Source of the DNA: an uncultured Pseudomonadota bacterium
GTDB lineage: Bacteria > Oederibacteriota > Muellerivitia > Muellerivitales > Muellerivitaceae
DNA length: 64,000 nucleotides
NCBI GenBank assembly: GCA_963843375.1
Contig: CAWJKT010000001.1
Span: 235,993-299,992 of the forward strand
Direction of reading: 5' to 3'
In this document: positions 54,360-64,000 of the stretch, in pieces
How positions within the stretch are numbered: position 1 is the first letter of the stretch
Layout of the letters: every line of letters starts with the position of its first letter
Program-made: the position numbers and the translations under genes
Notes under the pieces: model-generated
The model's database searches: none
Seen by the model: the letters and a program-made list of their open reading frames with translations, nothing else
Told to the model about the DNA's origin: nothing

Positions 54360-55761
54360 TGTCTGATTTTTCCCAAAAACAATGGGATTATTTCTAGCCG
54401 TTAGCGGTTTTGGGGCTTGGGGCTTTTGCCTGGACCCGGTGCTTTTTTTGTTTGCTTCCCAATTTTTTTTATGGGGGCTCTTCGTTTCTCATTTCCTGCC
54501 TCAAGCGCATGGTTTTTATGCGGGCGGATGCCTTGGATTGATTCTCGGACGAATAGTTTTTCACGATTATCAGCAAAACTGGATTTTTCCTGAAGTTCTA
54601 GCTTTGGGCTCGCTTTATTGGTCGCCCAGCGATTATCAAGGAGGGCTTCCTGAAAGATTCGGGAAAAATTTAAGAATCAATATGAAATAAAAAAAGTTGA
54701 ATATGAGAATTTTAAGAAATGTTGTGGAAAGTGTGAAGAAAGAAAACATTCAAATAGAAAAACAACTCCGCCAAATCGAACATTTATATGATGTCATCAA
54801 GGACGCGGGAAGCACCCTTAATGTCCAGGAAATGATCGAGCTTACAAAGGAATTTACAGAAAGAATGTTCGATCTCCCGCATTTTATTATTGCGGTTCTT
54901 TCAAATGACGGCAGGAAGTATGAGATTCGTATCGCTTCGGGGTGCGATGATTCCCTTTTCAGGTCTTTTGAAATGGATTTGGAGTCAAACGGTTTGGCGG
55001 CCATTTTGGCCCGCGAGAGAAAGCCTGTCTTGGTGCCTTTGGTGGGGGAGAATGATCATTTTTCAAAGTTGAAAAACTTAGCGGTCCGTTCCTTCATTTT
55101 TCTTCCCTTTTTGATCCAAGATCGGGTCATTGGATTTCTGTGTTCTTTTTCGCTCGCAAGAAAATTTTATCGATCAAGAAAAATTTTCATAATTTTCAAG
55201 TTTTTTGCAATCAGATCTCAATAGGGCTTCAAAAATCATTGCTATACGAAAAGGTCCAGAAATTATCAATTACCGACGGATTGACTAAATTATATTCTCA
55301 CCGTTATTTCAAGCAGCGGTTAGAAGAGGAGTTGATTTTGGCGAACCGTTATTCTTCCCAATTAAGCCTTTTAATCCTGGATATCGACCATTTCAAACAT
55401 TACAACGATAATTACGGTCATGTTGCGGGAGATCATGTCTTGATGGAGGTGGCCAAAATTTTGAAAAGACCAAGCGGGAATGAATCATTTGGTGGCCCGT
55501 TATGGTGGAGAGGAAATGGTTTTAATCGCTCCGGAAACTACCAAGGAACAGGCCATGGAATTGGCGGAAAAAATTAGAAAAGCTATTGAATCCAATTCTT
55601 TCTCGGTAGGCAAAGAAATGACCAAGGTTACGGTTTCCATTGGGGTGGCCACTTTTCCTCAAGACGCCCACACGAATTTGGACCTTATCAGCAAATCGGA
55701 CAAGGCCCTTTATGCGGCTAAAGACCGGGGACGGAACCGGATTGTGGCCTATCCGTTTTAA
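54359..55761 (+). CDS. Second membrane GAF-GGDEF protein (several apparent frameshifts)
   Basis: TAATG coupling; TM region, GAF, SITDGLT, DIDHFK, RYGGEEM, VTVSIGVA, ALYAAK..GRN across four ORFs. Confidence 0.85.
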
Positions 55762-55781
55762 GAATGTTGATGGAAAAAGAG

Positions 55782-55809
55782 TTGACAGGCCCCTGAGGCG
55801 TGATAATAT
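55782..55809 (+). promoter_or_regulatory. Promoter of rho, followed by a leader of about 240 nt
   Basis: TTGACA-N16-TAATAT with extended TGn. Confidence 0.65.
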
Positions 55810-56054
55810 TAAACCGACTTCAATGACGCCAATCGTTATCCTCAATAATTTACTTCCAACGGACTAATCCCCAAGCGCCTTAAAAAGCTGTTAGAAATGG
55901 GTTTTAAGGCCCAATGTTTTTTTAAATTTGATTAATTTATCGGCTAAATCTCTAGTACAAAATTCAAAATGATTTATTTTTTAGAAAAGCTTAATTATTC
56001 CATCGGTTTTAGGTTTTATACCTCGCCGATTTTTCAGAAAGGACTTAAAGGATT

Positions 56055-57314
56055 ATGGATATAGCGGATTTGAAGAAGAAGACCATTGCCGAATTGACTG
56101 AGGTGGCTCGGGAGCTGAATCTCGAAGGTGTCAGCGCTATGAAAAAACAGGATTTGATCTTCAAAATCTTGGAAACCCAGACCCAACGAAACGGTGTCAT
56201 CAATGCGGAGGGAGTGCTTGAGATTTTGCCTGATGGTTTTGGATTTCTTCGGTCCGCGAATTACAATTATTTGCCAGGGCCCGATGATATTTATGTTTCC
56301 CCTTCGCAAATCCGTCGGTTCAACTTAAGGACGGGGGATACGGTCACAGGACAAGTTCGTCCTCCCAAAGAAGGAGAAAGATATTTCGCGCTTTTGAAGG
56401 TCGATTCCATTAATTTTGAGCCACCCGATGCCATCAAACAAAAAGTTCTCTTCGATAACCTGACTCCCATTTATCCGAACAAACGTATCTGGTTGGAAAC
56501 GACCCCGGATGACTTATCGATGAGGGTCATGGACCTTCTCATCCCCTTGGGAAAAGGCCAACGTGGTTTAATTGTTGCTCCACCTCGCACGGGAAAAACA
56601 ATTCTTTTGCAAAAAATTGCCAATAGTATTGCTAAAAACCATCCGGAAGTTTATCTCATCGTCCTGCTGATTGATGAAAGACCCGAAGAAGTTACGGATA
56701 TGCAGCGGTCGGTAAAAGGCGAGGTTGTTTCTTCCACTTTTGACGAACCCCCAGAGCGTCATGTGACGGTTGCTGAAATTATCATTGAGAAAGCCAAACG
56801 CCTTGTTGAACATAAAAAAGATGTCGTTATTCTCCTGGATTCGATCACCCGTTTGGGAAGAGCTTATAACACGATTGTGCCTTCCTCGGGAAAGGTCCTC
56901 TCCGGCGGCGTTGATTCCAACGCACTTCAACGACCGAAACGATTTTTTGGGGCTGCTCGAGATATCGAGGAAGGGGGAAGTTTGACAATTATGGCCACGG
57001 CCCTCATCGATACCGGAAGCCGAATGGATGAAGTGATTTTCGAGGAATTTAAGGGAACCGGAAACCAGGAAATTATTCTGGACCGCAAATTGGCGGATCG
57101 ACGGGTATTTCCGGCTTTTGACATTACCCGCTCAGGGACTCGGCGAGAGGAATTACTGCTCACCGAAGAGGAATTAAACAAAGTTTGGATTTTGAGAAAA
57201 ATATTGAACCCGAACAATCCTGTGGATGCCATGGAGTTTTTATTGGATAAAATGCGCCGTACGAAATCCAATAAATCTTTCTTGGACTCCATGAAGGGCA
57301 CCGCCAACGAATAA
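56055..57314 (+). CDS. rho: Transcription termination factor Rho
   Basis: [38 protein letters not shown]. Confidence 0.98.
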   Translation: MDIADLKKKTIAELTEVARELNLEGVSAMKKQDLIFKILETQTQRNGVINAEGVLEILPDGFGFLRSANYNYLPGPDDIYVSPSQIRRFNLRTGDTVTGQVRPPKEGERYFALLKVDSINFEPPDAIKQKVLFDNLTPIYPNKRIWLETTPDDLSMRVMDLLIPLGKGQRGLIVAPPRTGKTILLQKIANSIAKNHPEVYLIVLLIDERPEEVTDMQRSVKGEVVSSTFDEPPERHVTVAEIIIEKAKRLVEHKKDVVILLDSITRLGRAYNTIVPSSGKVLSGGVDSNALQRPKRFFGAARDIEEGGSLTIMATALIDTGSRMDEVIFEEFKGTGNQEIILDRKLADRRVFPAFDITRSGTRREELLLTEEELNKVWILRKILNPNNPVDAMEFLLDKMRRTKSNKSFLDSMKGTANE

Positions 57315-57318
57315 GTCT

Positions 57319-58249
57319 ATGGACTCTTTTGTTCGGCGGATTTACTTTTCCGTCGTTGGCCTTTTGGCCGTTTTGTTGTTAGCGATGGTCTTTTTGGTTG
57401 TCCGGGCTATGAAGCCTGAAATTCTTTCGGCGGTTTCAGCGCCAGCCCTTCAACCCAACAAACGAATCTTCAAGATTTCACGCCCTTTTTTCAAATCCCC
57501 GGGATTCATTTTTCCATTTATCACCCGGTTCCGGGTGAAACCTATTTGAGCCTGGCTCAAAAGTTTAATTTATTAGAATCTACCCTTCGAAGTTTAAATC
57601 AAGCCAACGATAATTCCCAACCGCGGGAGGGATCCCGATTTTTATTCCCGTCTAAAGATGGTATTTTTCACGTTATCCGTCCGGGACAGAGTTTAGCGGA
57701 CATCTCCCGGGCTTATGAAGTCTCCTTAAAGGTCGTGCTTCAAGCAAACCAGAAAAAAAGCGATTCGGATTTACATCCGGATGAAGTCCTCTATTTGCCG
57801 GGCGGGACCTATCTTACTCGCCAGGATGTTCGCTGGCTCGCCTTGGCTTCATTGGGCACCCAAAAAGGTTTCCTGAAACCTACCACCGGACGTTTTGCCG
57901 ATGGATTTGGCTATCGAATCCATCCGATAACCCACAAGATGGCCTTTCATGAGGGGCTGGATTTAGCCCCTGGTTTTGGCGCCCGCGTGGTGGCATCTCA
58001 AGATGGCCGAGTGCTTTTTGCAAACCTTAGGAATGGATATGGGAGGCTGATTATTCTGGATCATGGGGAGGGGCTTACTTCTTGGTACGCTCATTTAGAT
58101 GAAATTTTAGTGAAACCCAACCAATGGGTGAAACAAGGGGATCTGATCGGAAAGGTGGGTAAACGGGACGGGTTACTGGGCCGCATCTTCATTTTGAGGT
58201 CCGTTTAAATGGAAAGCCTCAAAACCCCCTATTGTATTTGGTTCAATAA
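57319..58249 (+). CDS. LysM-containing M23 peptidase (apparent frameshifts near 57500 and 58165)
   Basis: TM anchor, LysM repeats, HEGLD, YAHL, TGPHLHFEVR in shifted frame. Confidence 0.88.
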
Positions 58250-58417
58250 TCCGAGAAAAAAGGACGCAATTGAGGGTTTTTTGGAAAGCCCCCTTTACTT
58301 CCTCAGTTGATTTTTTTATATTTTTGAATACACTAAGCAGCCCTTAAGAAGGGCTAAAGCCAAAAGGTATATTCGGTAAAACAGAAAAATGATGAAATAG
58401 GAAATGGAGTTGACGGC

Positions 58418-58729
58418 ATGAAAACAGGAATACATCCAAAATATTATAAAACCAAGGTTGTTTGTGTTTGCGGAAACGTGATTGAAACAGCTACCACCAA
58501 AGGCGAAACTTTCTCGGTTGAAGTTTGCTCTGCTTGCCATCCATTTTTCACGGGTAAAATTAAGTTGCTCGACATGGCCGGTCGTGTAGAGAAATTCCAA
58601 AAGAAGAGCGCCACTGCCGCTACGGCCCAGGCTGAAACAAAAGCCCGTTTGGAAGCCAAAGCCGTCGCCGCTGCCGCTAAAAAAGCCAAACGCCAAGCCG
58701 CTCCTCCTCCCGCTGAAAAAAATTCTTAG
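58418..58729 (+). CDS. rpmE: 50S ribosomal protein L31 (Zn-binding type) with Ala/Lys/Pro-rich tail
   Basis: [29 protein letters not shown]. Confidence 0.96.
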   Translation: MKTGIHPKYYKTKVVCVCGNVIETATTKGETFSVEVCSACHPFFTGKIKLLDMAGRVEKFQKKSATAATAQAETKARLEAKAVAAAAKKAKRQAAPPPAEKNS

Positions 58730-58749
58730 AACCGTTTTATCTCTGTCTG

Positions 58750-58790
58750 AAAAAGCCTCCGGCTATTAAAGCCGGAGGCTTTTTCTGTTT
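58750..58790 (+). terminator. Intrinsic (possibly bidirectional) terminator after rpmE
   Basis: AAAAAGCCTCCGGCT-loop-AGCCGGAGGCTTTTT. Confidence 0.92.
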
Positions 58791-58844
58791 ATCCAATTAT
58801 CCATCTTTTTTCAAATTTTAAAATGACTTTTAAAGGCTACTTGC

Positions 58845-59915
58845 GTGATTGAACCTAAACTCCAACAAGTTGAGAAACGGTACCAAGAACTTTCGGATCG
58901 GCTGATTCATCCGGAGACTTTTTCCGATTCATCAGAATTGCAAAAGATCGCTAAGGAACATGCGGATTTGGAACCCTTAGTGCAAAAAATAAAAGAATAC
59001 CGAAAATTTATCCGGGAAAAAAATGAAACACGATCCTTTTTGGAGGGGTCGGATTCCGAAATGAAAACTTTGGCCCAAGCGGAACTACCAACCTTGGAAA
59101 AAAGAGTGGAAGAAATCGAGAAAGAGTTTAAAACGTTCTGCTTATCCCGAAAGATCCCAATGGAGATCGGAATGTCATTATGGAGATCCGGGCTGGAACG
59201 GGGGGGAAGAGGCGGCTCTTTTCGTCAGCGGATCTTTTTCGAATGTATTCCAGATATATTGAAAAAATAGGAATGAAAATTGAATTAATCGATTCTAGTC
59301 CGACTGAAATCGGCGGGTTTAAAGAAATTATTTTTATGATCATTGGTAAAGGAGCTTTCGGGAAATTCCGGTTTGAGAGTGGTACCCACCGGGTCCAAAG
59401 GGTTCCCCGAACCGAGGCCTCGGGACGAATTCATACTTCTGCGACGACAGTAGCTGTTCTGCCCGAAGTGGAAGAAATCGATGTTCAGATCAAGGATTCG
59501 GACCTGCGAATCGATACTTTTTGCTCCTCGGGTGCTGGCGGTCAGAGCGTGAACACTACCTATTCAGCTGTTCGTATTACCCATCTTCCCAAGCGGGTTG
59601 GTGGTCCAATGCCAGGATGAACGTTCCCAATTAAAAAATAAGGCAAAGGCAATGAAAGTCCTTTATGCCCGATTGCAAGAAAAGGTAGATCGAGAGGCAA
59701 AGGCCAGCCTCTCGGCGACCCGTAAGAGCCAGGTTGGAAGTGGTGATCGGAGTGAAAAGATAAGAACCTATAATTTCCCTCAAAATCGTGTTACGGATCA
59801 TCGAATAGGCTTGACCCTTTATCAACTGGACAAAGTCATGGATGGCAATCTTGATGAATTCATGGAGGCGTTGGCTTTAGCTTATCAAGAAGAACAATTA
59901 CAGAATCAGGATTAA
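58845..59915 (+). CDS. prfA: Peptide chain release factor 1 (multiple apparent indels)
   Basis: [22 protein letters not shown] (PxT), GAGGQ, QDERSQ, RTYNFPQ across three ORFs. Confidence 0.95.
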
Positions 59916-59952
59916 TATTTGTTTAAAAGTGATGAAATCAGAAGGGTTTTGA

Positions 59953-60837
<885 letters not shown>

Positions 60838-60841
60838 ATAG

Positions 60842-60872
60842 TTGACACTTTTTAATGATCGATCTGTATAAT
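60842..60872 (+). promoter_or_regulatory. Consensus-hexamer promoter upstream of rpoB
   Basis: TTGACA-N19-TATAAT (spacer long; contains a T run and GATCGATC). Confidence 0.6.
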
Positions 60873-60887
60873 CACCCCTCTTTGGCC

Positions 60888-60924
60888 AAAACGAGAAAAG
60901 CCCTTTTCTCGTTTTTTGTTTTTT
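60888..60924 (+). terminator. Terminator-like hairpin in the rpoB leader
   Basis: AAAACGAGAAAA-GCCC-TTTTCTCGTTTT followed by TTGTTTTTT. Confidence 0.6.
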
Positions 60925-60970
60925 AGGGACGCAATAAGGCTCATTCCTGTTTTCTTCTGGAGGATATTCA

Positions 60971-64000
<3,030 letters not shown>

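Overview
A 64 kb stretch of bacterial chromosome made almost entirely of housekeeping genes from a diderm organism. The gene order resembles Deltaproteobacteria/Nitrospirota-like or related candidate-phylum lineages, but taxonomy is inference only. All but one gene (folB-folK) lie on the + strand. In order: end of a type IVa pilus operon (pilO/P/Q); aroC-aroK-aroB; a TPR-roadblock fusion plus a stand-alone roadblock (MglC-like); ftsB; tRNA-Leu(TAA) and tRNA-fMet; a degenerate nucleotidyltransferase-like gene; folM-like, folB-folK, YfhO-like and metF; tRNA-Met-tilS-ftsH-folE-folP-cdaA-cdaR-pdxJ; alaS-ruvX-mltG; ftsE-ftsX-envC-ctpA-yibQ-like; tsaD, MgtC, dusB, PAP2, rsmI, PhoH, pdxA, rsmA and glmS; a major outer-membrane protein with a long structured leader; yajC; an HTH-receiver regulator; pabB/pabC/folD/coaE; two GAF-GGDEF proteins; rho; LysM-M23; rpmE-prfA-prmC; and the 5' part of rpoB. 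Many essential genes carry single-base indels, which I read as long-read sequencing error rather than pseudogenisation. I found no CRISPR array, rRNA, transposase or integrase, and no clear-cut novel multi-gene system. The best leads are the six-hairpin leader of the outer-membrane protein gene, an FtsE with degenerate ATPase motifs, the pilus-linked TPR-roadblock module, a large smooth GC gradient across core genes, a dif-like 28-mer, a catalytically eroded NTase-fold gene beside tRNAs, and a stand-alone rpoB with a terminator-like leader.
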